A DNA stretch of 63,630 nt, counting the filler, from Intoshia linei (lineage: Eukaryota; Animalia; Orthonectida), in the NCBI GenBank assembly GCA_001642005.1. It is 6 parts of 6 records of this genome, joined end to end, with 100 filler letters (N's around TTAATTAATTAA, not from the genome) between each part and the next. Parts side by side here need not be neighbours in the genome. Positions count along the whole stretch, not along the records: positions 36,532 to 54,617 come from LWCA01000785.1; positions 54,718 to 59,285 come from LWCA01001913.1; positions 59,386 to 63,630 come from LWCA01001960.1; 3 more parts are not named here. One strand, 5' to 3'. Below are positions 52,965 through 63,630 of this stretch, piece by piece; the first letter of the stretch is position 1; the number at the start of each line of letters is the position of its first letter. The notes under the pieces were generated by a model, which saw only the letters and a list, made by a program, of their open reading frames with translations, did not search any database and had not been told where the DNA came from. The translations under genes and the position numbers were made by a program.

Positions 52965-53990
52965 CAGGGCGGATTCAAGAGGCTAGTTAGTGGGGTGCGA
53001 GCGAAGCGAGCAATATATTTAACTTTACCGAACGCGAAAAAAATTTTAGGGGTGTCTTTTAATTTCATTTAAAGGTTGTTATAAAATAGTTTTCAAATTT
53101 GTATTTTTTCGCAAAAATATAAAAATGATCAGCAAAAATAAAAATAATTAATTGTGTTCATTAAATACTCCTAAATCAATTAGGTTCAGTCTTTTTGGAT
53201 GAAGTATTGCAAATTCATTAACCAAACTTTTAATATCAAAATTATAGTCATAATGGCAATTCATGAGGGCCAGCGCACATTATTAATCTAATGTGACGAT
53301 TACCAGTCATTGTTGATCTTAAAAAAGTTTTCCATCTTCTCAAAATGCTAATGGAGCGTTCACATTCACATTTAGTGATTGGCAATGTTGGCAAAATAAT
53401 TAAAAGTTGATGAATATTTGGAAACAAATTAGAATTGCAGCTTTCGATTAATTGTATGATAGTGGTCTTTGAATCAAGTTCTTTTTTTTGTATATTTTGT
53501 ATATAGTATTTAGTATATTCTGCTTTGAGATCTTCATCTAATAATATGCATGGTAAAAATAATTCATATTTTTCTGCGAATTCTTTCAATCTTCAAAATG
53601 ACTCGTTTTGAAATAAGTGGGATGTAGGGAAAATCCTTTCAAAAAAATCTGTTAACCACTGAAAAATCGTAAGCTGAGTTCAGCTAAAATAGAATCGAAA
53701 AATTGAATTGCGATGTTTATTTTAAAAAAACTCTATGTCAGATCTCTCTATATTTGCCCTTTTAGCTTGTATCTTTGTGCAGCGTGTTTGTTTTCTTCAA
53801 TATTTAAAGAGAAGGAATACTCTTTTGCAGCTATACTATACATACTACTCATGAAAATATTCATCAATGTTTTCCCGTATTTCTTAATTTCCTTTTTTTA
53901 TTGTTAATCTCTTTGTATGCACTTGGAATATCTAAATGTCTTCCTTGAAGGAGTCTTGTCAAGCCATATAAAATAGCTATATTAAATTTC
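52965..53990 (-). mobile_element. hAT transposase pseudogene (C-terminal part, P52rIPK/ZMYM-like) with terminus
   Basis: LTRLLQGRHLDIPSAY, FFDSILAELSLRF and dimerisation domain FPNIHQLLIILPTLPITKCECERSISILRRWKTFLRSTM, with frameshifts and stops. Terminus CAGGGCGGATTCAAG at 52965. Confidence 0.88.
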
Positions 53991-54899
53991 TAGATGAATT
54001 TAAATTTTTTGTGAAACCGTTGGGATAATGAGCCTTAAATTTAACTGCCCCGAGTACAGTATCCTCATTAGCAAATGGGCATGATTCATTGCTGTAAATT
54101 TTATGGGTTTAAGGTAGTGGTGTCAAATCGTAAGATAAATCCTTAAAATCGAGATATTATCAAATAGACGTAAATACATGAGGAACTAAGTATATTATTA
54201 CAAATTAATTATTATTTTTGGGAATTAAAAAAATATTTATAATTTATGAGTCATAGTATCAGACGAGATGGCACCCTAAAATAATTTCTGATACTTCTTA
54301 GGGTCCCAGTACCCCATTTGGGAACCGGTGCTCTAAAATTTCCCTGAATTGTATATAAAAACAAAAATTTATCATCATCTTAACTTAAATAATATGCTAC
54401 GCGATTTTTGTCTGTGTTCAGCTTTATTTAAATAACTACCCGTCTTAGAATTTTATCAAGTTTAGATTTATCTAATTATTAATATTATAATAATATAATA
54501 TATAATATAATAATAATTAATCTTAGGTTTATCTAATTAATTGATAATAATTTAGAATTTAGTAATTTTAAAATCATAAACATTATCATAAATTTAAATT
54601 TAAAAAAATTATATCTTNNNNNNNNNNNNNNNNNNNNNNNNNNNNNNNNNNNNNNNNNNNNTTAATTAATTAANNNNNNNNNNNNNNNNNNNNNNNNNNN
54701 NNNNNNNNNNNNNNNNNAGTATATAAGGCACACTTTAAAAAGTGCGCATTAAGGATAATTATAAAAACGTTAGAAATAAAGTAATTATGATGTTGATCAG
54801 ACGTGTTTTTAAATATAATTTACCAGTGTTAAAAATTTATAATAATTTTCCCATGCTGTAATAATTATATAATTACTATTAAATAGTATATTTTTATAG

Positions 54900-55100
54900 G
54901 TGGAGAAAAATACGAAAAAGTGAAACAACAGACAAAATTGAGAGTACAGAAATTCCGGTTAAAACAAAAAAATAAATTAATTAATCCAACACCTTATATG
55001 TCACCACAAACTTTAGGTAAAGCAAAGTCAAGGTTGATTAAAGCACTCCCTAAAAACGAAACTAATTGGCCCATGATAATCAATGAAGTTATGACGATGT
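54900..55100 (+). other. Isolated exon-like fragment, probably transposon-derived
   Basis: AG acceptor then EKVKQQTKLRVQKFRLK...TPYMSPQTLGKAKSRLIKALPK. The pattern is recalled from uncharacterised invertebrate transposon-associated proteins. Confidence 0.35.
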
Positions 55101-55485
55101 AATACGTCAATTTTTTTCGGGAAATCAAGGGAAATCGTAAAAATTCCCAGAAATTATTAAATATCCCGGAAATTTTGTCCCGGTTTTTTTCTCGGCACAA
55201 TCACTCCCAGAATATGTTTTTTTTAATTTTTTGGCTCATTTCATTTTAAAAAAAGGCAAATTGGGTTTTTGACCATAAAAGACTCAAATTCGGAAAATAC
55301 AAAATAGATATACACACGCTCTGGGGAAAACTGTATTAGAAATTGAGTTTTTAAAAATTCTACGAGTCCATCTTGTAATCTTTTAAATAATCGGTAACAC
55401 ACAAAGACATTTAAATTTATATAAGTAAAGGATGATGAAATTTAGTTTTCCGATAACTTGGACAGCACTGGAAAACAAAGACCCT

Positions 55486-58125
55486 TTAATACAATAAAAA
55501 GTACCTATCTCCAGTCGTATCTTTTCCCGTATTTACATAATGAGGAGATAGAATAAAAGAAAACCTGTCATTCTTCTTAATATATTTTTTATGAGGATAT
55601 ATAGAACAACGGCTACAATTTTCAGAATCTAACCATAACTGATTCATTTTTTCTTTAATATAACATTTGTATTTATCAATCATATCCAAATAACGACGAT
55701 TGAACGACTCTAAATGTTTAGTTTTGATATCGAGCCTTTTAAAATAAGAAGCAATGGCCTTTGGGTTATATTTACATTCAGCCAGAGAAAGTATAAATAT
55801 ATACAAACCTTCCTTGTGGTTATCTAGAGAAATTACATTCTTTTCAATTAAATCTAAAAACACCCGTTCATCTGAATCAGTAAAATTCAATATTTTGTTA
55901 AATTTTTCCTCAAAATCACTCATTTTAATATTTTGAGTTAAATCATAAATATCAGAGTTCCATCTTCCTTGAAAGCAGTATTTATAACGAGACGGATGTT
56001 TTAAAACAGTAGAGTAGGCCAGATCATAATGAATCAAAATAGAATTTGGATAAACAGTTTTACGGTGCAAATTCAATTCATCTGTATCCTGGGACAAGGA
56101 TTTGTTTAAACTCAAATCCGGCTTCTTGGATTTATTGGAATTTCTAATAAATCCAGTATAAGTACTATCAAAATAATTGTGAACATTAAGAAAATAAAAG
56201 CATGGAAAATTTAACCCACTCGTAAATTTGTTTGAATGTATCCTCTTGCTAATTAAATTGCGACGAAAATTATCAGGTTGATTTAAATATGTCGAATCAT
56301 AACAAGCAGTATTGGTATTAATATTATCATTATTGGGTGATATTTTTTCATCGACCAGAGTAGTTGTATCATCTCGCTCAGATTCTTCAGATTCGATTTT
56401 AATGAGTGACATTTTTCGCATTTTATTAATTTTAAAAGCTGTAGTTTCACAATTGGATTCATATTTTCTTTTGCGATAAGGTTTATACCGTTCATTCGAA
56501 ATATTTACATATTTTTGGTAATCCTCAAAATTTTCACAATAATCATGCATAGGTAAGGAAAAATTGTGAGCCCATTTAATTCTTAATATTCCATCGTAAT
56601 TATATTTGGAAAGATTAATTAAATTTCCCACAACCTTCTTATTAATATGCGACAAGTGTGACAATGAAAATTTTTCAATTTTGGCTTTATTTAATTTTTC
56701 TCCAAGCTGCCTCATTCCTGGAAAAGAAGCCAACTTCTCAATAAACTTTTGAGGTACTGAAGCAATGTATCCAATTTTTAATTTTAAATTAAATAAAGAA
56801 TCTGGAGGAGGGTTATTACAATAATTTGGTAAATTTTCCAAATTAATCTGAGAAAAATCATCAACTTTTCCATCTTCAATGATGGACTCGTTTACATTTT
56901 CTTTAACCAATTTGGGACTTTGAACTTCACGTCCCACGTCTAAATTGGAATCGGAATCTGAATCAGATTGAAAATTTTCAGATAAATCTATGTTCTTTCT
57001 AACATGATTAGAATCCTGTCGCCAATTAAACCTAACTTTCGATTCATATTCATCTTTACATAAAATTGAGGAATCTACAGGGTGTAAAATATCGTTACCC
57101 ACCATGGGACAATCAATATTATCAAAAAGATTTTGGACGTTTTTTTTCCATTTGAAAAGGTTGTGAAATATTTGCTTACATATGGTACTTTTATATACAT
57201 AATTTCTTTTCACACAAGAGTCGATGCGATTCTTTATACTGGATAGAATTGTAAAACGACGAATTTGTTCTTTTTTGGCAATTTCAATACATCTCTCCTT
57301 ACGTAGTATATTTAATATGTTGAAATTTGTACATTTTCGTTTTTGTGGATTGATTATTTTTTTTGAGGTTATATTCAGCATATTGAGCCTCTTGCAATAA
57401 AAAGAAGTAGAGGCAAAACTATCGAATGAGGTCAAATGCTTTTTCAGTTTTATTTCATTAATATAATTTTTACATTTTTTCAAAGTAATTTTTTTCCGTG
57501 TTAAAATTTTAAAATTCTTTTTTGATTTGATGGATCTTGTTTTATCAAACATTTTTTTTGTTTTATTAGACTTTTTATTTTGGTTATTCCTGCTTTTATT
57601 TTTTTCATTTTTAGTTTCATTTTTTGATTTGAACATCTTATTTGGTATTTTCACATTTTCAAGTTTATTTTTTCCACTTTTTGATTTGACCATTTTATTT
57701 GGTATTTTTACATTTCCAGGTTCACATTTTGATTTGACAATTTTATTTGGTATTTTTACATTTTCAAGTTTATTTTTGAAATTTTTGCCATTTCCATTTT
57801 GAATTGATGTCTTTAATGGAATTGAGTTTATGGAATTAATTGGACTTGAAGAATCCTCTTTTTTAGCTTGTTTCAAAGTTAAGTTTAGAATTTGAACCGG
57901 TTTAGGAGTCGAGTGAGTTGGATTAATTTTGGTTGAAATTGTATCTTCATTTTTACCGTTTTTTTTACATTTTAATTTTTCAAAGTAATGGATAACTTTA
58001 TCTGAAAAATTACGAGATAACTCGTTTGATACATTTCCTGAATCGCCTTCAAAGTATGCAAGATTTAATGGTTCAACAAAGTTAAATACTTTACCTTTCG
58101 CGTTGATCGAATTATTTTTCCCCAT
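55486..58125 (-). CDS. Intronless 879-aa Lys/Asn-rich protein of unknown function
   Basis: 2.64-kb uninterrupted ATG-TAA ORF in AT-rich DNA, far too long for chance. No domain recognised. Three internal NVKIPNKxxKSK repeats. Confidence 0.8.
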   Translation of the reverse strand: MGKNNSINAKGKVFNFVEPLNLAYFEGDSGNVSNELSRNFSDKVIHYFEKLKCKKNGKNEDTISTKINPTHSTPKPVQILNLTLKQAKKEDSSSPINSINSIPLKTSIQNGNGKNFKNKLENVKIPNKIVKSKCEPGNVKIPNKMVKSKSGKNKLENVKIPNKMFKSKNETKNEKNKSRNNQNKKSNKTKKMFDKTRSIKSKKNFKILTRKKITLKKCKNYINEIKLKKHLTSFDSFASTSFYCKRLNMLNITSKKIINPQKRKCTNFNILNILRKERCIEIAKKEQIRRFTILSSIKNRIDSCVKRNYVYKSTICKQIFHNLFKWKKNVQNLFDNIDCPMVGNDILHPVDSSILCKDEYESKVRFNWRQDSNHVRKNIDLSENFQSDSDSDSNLDVGREVQSPKLVKENVNESIIEDGKVDDFSQINLENLPNYCNNPPPDSLFNLKLKIGYIASVPQKFIEKLASFPGMRQLGEKLNKAKIEKFSLSHLSHINKKVVGNLINLSKYNYDGILRIKWAHNFSLPMHDYCENFEDYQKYVNISNERYKPYRKRKYESNCETTAFKINKMRKMSLIKIESEESERDDTTTLVDEKISPNNDNINTNTACYDSTYLNQPDNFRRNLISKRIHSNKFTSGLNFPCFYFLNVHNYFDSTYTGFIRNSNKSKKPDLSLNKSLSQDTDELNLHRKTVYPNSILIHYDLAYSTVLKHPSRYKYCFQGRWNSDIYDLTQNIKMSDFEEKFNKILNFTDSDERVFLDLIEKNVISLDNHKEGLYIFILSLAECKYNPKAIASYFKRLDIKTKHLESFNRRYLDMIDKYKCYIKEKMNQLWLDSENCSRCSIYPHKKYIKKNDRFSFILSPHYVNTGKDTTGDRYFLLY

Positions 58126-59631
58126 TTTATACTAATTATAAATGCACATGATCTTTATATCGATATCATTTTGATTTTTATAATTTACATAATTATTAAA
58201 TATCCTTAGATACATCTATTCATTTAAAGAGATTTATTTTTTTCTTATTATGTATATCGGATAATTATATAATAGAATAGAATACGATAGTACAAAGAAT
58301 CTGAAAGTCATGTAGATATTAAGTTTATTATTTGAACTAATTTATTTATATTATGATTACTTATCGTCGATAAGTAAAATTTTGTATAGGCATATACAAA
58401 AGGAATGTCTGGATGAGTTACCGTTTAGATTAGTTAACAGTTAAAAGCTACAATTTAGGAAAACACTATTTCTAATACAGTTTTTAAAATTATTAACATT
58501 ACCGTATATCTCAACTTCAGAAACTTGTATTTTCACTATTAAAACCACAACTTACTTATTTTTATATGAAGAGGCCTAGAATTTTAAAAAAATCGCACCT
58601 AATAGTTACTTCCAGTTAACATACACAAAATTTTTTAATCTAACAAATTGAAAATCAAACACCTTCACGGTTTTATTCATTTTTTTTATTTTGTAACTGT
58701 TTATTACAAAAATTATTCAATAACTAATTAAGAAATTTTAAGAAAAGATTAATCTGATACAGTTTATTCCATTTGTCAAGAGAAAAAATTTTAATCTCAG
58801 AAATTTACACATTTCCAGTCAAAAATAACTTAATATATTATCAACTAATATTTTTCAAATTGTTGAATTACAAAAAAAAAGAAATGTTAATATTCATCCT
58901 ACAATTACGAAAAAAATATGAATTGACACATTTGAAATACAGAAATATGGGTTTCAATGCCATAAATTGATTTTTATGTTTTTTTAATTATTGCTAAGTA
59001 ATTTCTCATTTTAAAAACTTTCAAAGTTTATCAAGACTCTTGAATCAAGAGTTAGCAGAAAAAAAACTCATCTTATAGCAAGGACAGCTTAAACCAGGAC
59101 GGAATACGAGACATTCTAGTAAAAAAGATTGTAGGCAGAATTTTTTTTCGCTCAAAAATATATAATAATGTTACGTAAAGATATAGTGATTTATAATTAA
59201 GTTACAATAAAAACGACATTACTTTTGAAATGAGCTAATAAATAACAATACCGCGTTTAACATTTAAATAACATTTAATCTTTTTNNNNNNNNNNNNNNN
59301 NNNNNNNNNNNNNNNNNNNNNNNNNNNNNTTAATTAATTAANNNNNNNNNNNNNNNNNNNNNNNNNNNNNNNNNNNNNNNNNNNNAAATATAAAAATGAT
59401 AATAACAAAGTTGTATTACTTTTAGTAATTCGTTGTTGTGGTTAAATTTAAATTTTAAACAAAATGTTTTGAAAATGAGAATTTGAGATTGAAAAGTTGC
59501 GAAGGAATGAATTATATACATTTCTTGATTGGAAATGTGTAGACGTTCAATGCATATTTTTTCTGAAATTGTAGGATCAATATTTACATTTTTATATTTC
59601 CAATTATTTCATTCTAATTTTTTAAATTTAG

Positions 59632-59921
59632 AAAACAAGTGATTGTTGATTTTTATGACGAATTTTCAATAAACAGAAATTTAAAACATGTTGGACTAAA
59701 CTTGTTTTATTCTGATAAGCAAGATTTGCAAAGTTTAATACTATCTAAAGATGTATCGCGATTAGTCAATTTAATTACATTAGAGGATGTTTTGGAGGTA
59801 TTATTTTCAATAATGTTTATTTAAAATTTTTTAGGTTGCTGAAAATATCAATTCTAATCCACTAAGTTTGGTTTCTATTGGAAATCCCAAGAAAATGCCC
59901 TATTTAGATTCTGTCCAATAA
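59632..59921 (+). CDS. UQCRC2: 3' exons of an M16-family protein, most like cytochrome bc1 core protein 2 (partial; 59632-59797, 59835-59921)
   Basis: ...LVNLITLEDVLEVAENINSNPLSLVSIGNPKKMPYLDSVQ* resembles the core-2 C-terminus (VT..DV..A....SM...GNL...P..DEL). 37-nt GT-AG intron. Upstream exons not seen; a gap lies at 59286-59385. Confidence 0.65.
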
Positions 59922-61331
59922 ATTTTGATTGATTTGATCTTTATATACAACATTATGAGGGTTCGTCCAGAGTACTGATAATATCTTCAATATACAATAT
60001 TATTCCAATGTTTACATAATTACCAGCTTGACTTGGTAATAGGATTAACAGCATTAAATTTACTCAATTTCAGTAAAAATAAAAAATTTAACTACAGCTT
60101 GTAACAAGGACGGCTTAAACCAGTATACAGTAGTCTTTGCTTGTAATGTATAAATTGTTGCGGAAAATAATAATTTGATCTGTCACATGTGTTATCTAAA
60201 TGATCAATAATTTTTATGGGGTCTCTTAATATCAGGGCGTCTAGTTTGATTTTACAAGTGTCTCTTAATTTCATTTAAAGGTTGTTATACAATAGTTGCG
60301 ATTTACATCGTTTCGGGTTTCATTTGCAATTATATGGTTTTTATAATAAATATTTAATATTTTAAGTTTTATTCATATTAATTTATTATGTAAAGTGACC
60401 GACACCATAATGTTCAGGCCTGTGCGAATATTATTATTAAAAAGTTTGGAAAATTGTATATTATACAGTTTAAATCAGAGCCGTTTTAAAGCATGGGCAA
60501 TATGGGCTGTAGGCCAGGGCCCCAAATTAATAAAAGTACTTTACATTTATATCTTAAGAATCAGTTTATAAGTTTTGAAGTGTGGGAATTCAAATAGCTA
60601 GAAAGAAAATAGTTTAAATAATCAATGTTCTGGTAATTATTCAATTTAAAATATAATGTTTTTATTAATACTCAATGAAATAAGACTCTAAGTCTCCAAC
60701 GAACAGTATGCCCTGTCTTCTAAACAGGGTACATAAAAATTTTTTATCGCTTCGCTTAAAATTTTCAATATCAAAATCGAAATTTTCGGCATATTTTCTT
60801 TCGATTATCAATAAGGTTAAGTCCAATAATTTAACTTAAACTCTGATAACAAATTAATGTACATAAAACGTAAAGAATGATAACAAGCATAATTAAACGC
60901 AATTTGTTGGGCCCTATAATTTTTTTTAATTTAACACAATGTCAATATACAAAGTAAAATATTTTATGCCATATTTGTCACTCCAGGGGGCGACTGCCCC
61001 TTGCACCCATCTAGATCCACTACTGGATCATCATAATATTTATAATAATAATCATTAATTAATCAACATTAATGTGATAATTTGAAATCCTTCTTTCATT
61101 GTGATCGATTTTTACCTTATTGTTGAAATTGACTTTTATTATCTCATTTAAAACCTTAAAATCCATAATAAAACCTCATTTAAATTATAAGAAAGTTATA
61201 ATTAACATTTAATTACATTACATTGCCATACAAATAAACTAGAAAAAGGACACATTTTTGAATTGATTTTTTGAATAAAAAATTGATCTACTAATAATTA
61301 ATAAATCAAAAAAATAATATTTAAATGTTTA

Positions 61332-61841
61332 TTAATGTATTATAATACATATCAAAATAACAAAATAAACAATAATGACTCTTAACAATTCATTAAAACT
61401 TTTAAAAAAAAGAATGGACAGTATTTGAACACTGGAATTTGAAATGCGATAAGAATTTGGACTTTTATATACATGAACTAAATAACATTAAAAAAAATAC
61501 AAATATTAAAACTACATCTATTTCTATCCAATTGACTGCACAGTACCAATTCATTCCTGTAGCACAGGCACGATAAATTTTCAATTCTTCCGTATGTATT
61601 TTCTTTTAAACCTTTACAACCGTGATTTGAAATATATTGACAATATCTACCATGTGTGTGACTAAAATATATAATTTTAATATGTACTATTAAGATTATA
61701 CCTGAGACAATTACAAAACAAGTTAAATTGGCACAATCCACCGTTTTGGCAACAGTTACTATTTGGGGTAACTTTAGGTTCGTATAACATGTTGAAGTAA
61801 TTTTGAAATTTTAAAAATGATATTATGGTATTTACTGCCAT
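61332..61841 (-). CDS. EGF-CFC family protein (Cripto/Cryptic/oep-like); exons 61841-61702, 61661-61516, 61477-61332
   Basis: Spliced: ..SNCCQNGGLCQFNLFCNCLSHTHGRYCQYISNHGCKGLKENTYGRIENLSCLCYRNELVLCSQ...NSSVQILSILFFKSFNELLRVIIVYFVILICIIIH*. It shows the truncated EGF spacing CC-x5-C-x5-C-x-C-x8-C, a CFC-like domain and a hydrophobic tail. Introns are 40 and 38 nt. The true 5' end and signal peptide are uncertain. Confidence 0.85.
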
Positions 61842-62671
61842 CTGTCTCAATTTTAAGACTCATTTTATTGGATATTGCATTTAGTAAAATGCTTATTCAG
61901 ACATACGAAACAAGAATATTTGAAATGTTCAGAATGTCACTCGTTTGAATTGAAATGTATTGTATATTGTCAACATGTCAGTTGACATTATTTAAAATTG
62001 TTGTATATTATTGGTTATGATTCATACTAGTATTAATTCTATTGGTTGTGACTAAATGACTAAATTCCACTATAACAGAAAAATTCACCATAAAGTTACT
62101 ATATTTTCTTGTTAACAATTTTGTATGAACCTAAAATTCCATTTATAAAACAAATTAAATATATAAAGAGTTCATTGATTTTGCACTAAACTTGATAAAT
62201 ATTTTAATTAATATCATGAAAGGCTTTCAATTCTTCTTACAAATTAAAATAAATAAATTTGAAAATGTTATATCTATGTATTCTTTAAATTCCATTAAAA
62301 ATATTTTAAAATATTCAATTTTAATTTGCAAAGATAGCTAACATTGTATCCCATATATACTGCTTTGTGGTGCTTCACTAAACAACTAAATCAATATCAA
62401 CAAAATGACGTATTTAAAAAAACAATTATTAAAAAATCCTCAAAAATAGAATTGATCAATAGTGTTATTGAATCAACACTTTCATCTTAATCAGATGAAT
62501 ACAATATTTTTAACTTATAAAAACACAAGTCAAGTCAAATACAATAAAATAAAATTTCATTTTTACACATTTTAGTAAACATGTAAATAAAGTTAAGTAT
62601 GTTATTAAATAATGTTCATAAAATAAGACAATAAAAAATACATAACAACCCAAATTTAAATTATCGTTGTA

Positions 62672-63630
62672 ATGAGTTCACCTCAAGATATTATGAATAG
62701 ATTTAAAGGAAACCCTAAAGGTGCTAGCGTTGGTTCAGGTATCATCTTCTTGGGAGCTTCGCTGGCTTATGGAATATACAATTCAATTTATACAGGTATT
62801 AATAAAAGGTTTTTGTATATCGATTGAAACTTATTATTAGTCTATCAATGTTAAAGTTATGCATTTTACGTGCAATAACTTAATAGTTTCGTTGTAAGTT
62901 GTTTTGATCATAAATTGTAATTGTAATCATATTACTTTACCGTCAGCAAAGTATAAAAGTTGTTTAGTTTTATTTTCAATGATATAGTTACGTTATTAAT
63001 TTTTTAGTTAATCCGGGGAATGCATCAATTATTTTCAATAGAATTGGTGGAATTCAAAAAACGATCAAAAAGGAAGGTATTCATTTTAGGTATTGAATTA
63101 TCTTAAATATATTCATTAATACCAATAAAAATTAGAATACCTTGGTTTGAAAGGCCCATATTTTACAATGTACGTAGCCGACCATCTAAAATTACCTCTT
63201 TAAGTGGTTCTAAAGGTAATATGTGTTATATAATGGATGTAAGAAAAATATAATTTATACTGTCAATATTTAAAAAGTTTTTAAATTTTAAAATTGCCAA
63301 AATTCTGCCGATTGTTAAGTTTACGCCGTTTAATCAATCTAATTATTTTCATTTATTATAACTAGGGCAAGCAAAAGTTAATAAAGTTAACTTTATTTAA
63401 CTAAATTTAAAATGATGGACAACAATTTATTTTGTTTAAGATGCAATTGCAATGTCTCGTTTGATAAATTACATTATGTACAGATACATAGGGATTCATC
63501 AAAACAGAATTCTTTAAATACTGTTATTCCTATACGAAAATACCTAAAAGTTAAGAGTGATTTTGCATTGGTTTAATGTTAGAAGCTTTTTTGTCAGCAG
63601 ACATACCATTATATAAATAAATTTGAATTA
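62672..63630 (+). CDS. PHB2: Prohibitin-2, 5' part (runs off the window)
   Basis: MSSPQDIMNRFKGNPKG..GASLAYGIYNSIYT|VNPGNASIIFNRIGGIQ..EGIHFR|IPWFERPIFYNVRSRPSKITSLSGSK, three GT-AG exons to about 63214. Confidence 0.93.

Noticed and set aside
61478-61741. 87-aa ORF as listed (MDCANLTCFVIVSGIIL...) as a signal-peptide protein
   Set aside because: Its hydrophobic N-terminus is an off-frame exon plus intron read-through. The spliced frame gives the EGF-CFC domain.
1-63630. tRNA, rRNA, snRNA genes, prokaryotic operons or defence systems, alternative genetic code
   Set aside because: None recognised by eye. All conserved genes translate with the standard code and GT-AG splicing. tRNAscan/Infernal would be needed to exclude small RNAs.

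Overview
This is AT-rich (roughly three-quarters A+T by eye) animal genomic scaffold, not prokaryotic DNA. Genes are split by very short GT-AG introns (many 34-45 nt), so the ORF track misses or fragments most of them. The compact architecture and gene content fit a reduced bilaterian such as an orthonectid-like spiralian, but that is inference only. Manually spliced genes: acylphosphatase (+), DNAJC2/MPP11 (-), a Ser-rich orphan (-), a TRPA-family channel (+), the N-terminal part of a very divergent ryanodine receptor (-), an HMG-CoA synthase visible only as its N-terminal half (-), an intronless 879-aa orphan ORF (-), the 3' end of a UQCRC2-like gene (+), an EGF-CFC (Cripto/Cryptic-type) gene (-) and the 5' part of prohibitin-2 (+). 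Introns and intergenic DNA carry non-autonomous Helitrons, hAT MITEs with 8-bp TSDs, pogo/Tigger elements, an hATm-like relic and a Gypsy integrase relic with short AGT...ACT LTRs. Five 100-nt N-gaps with a TTAATTAATTAA linker limit long-range inference. The most notable find is the EGF-CFC gene hidden by two tiny introns. It has Leu at the Nodal-critical Thr88 position, altered ALK4-contact residues and loss of both cysteines of one CFC disulfide. All assignments come from manual translation and recalled motifs; no searches were run.
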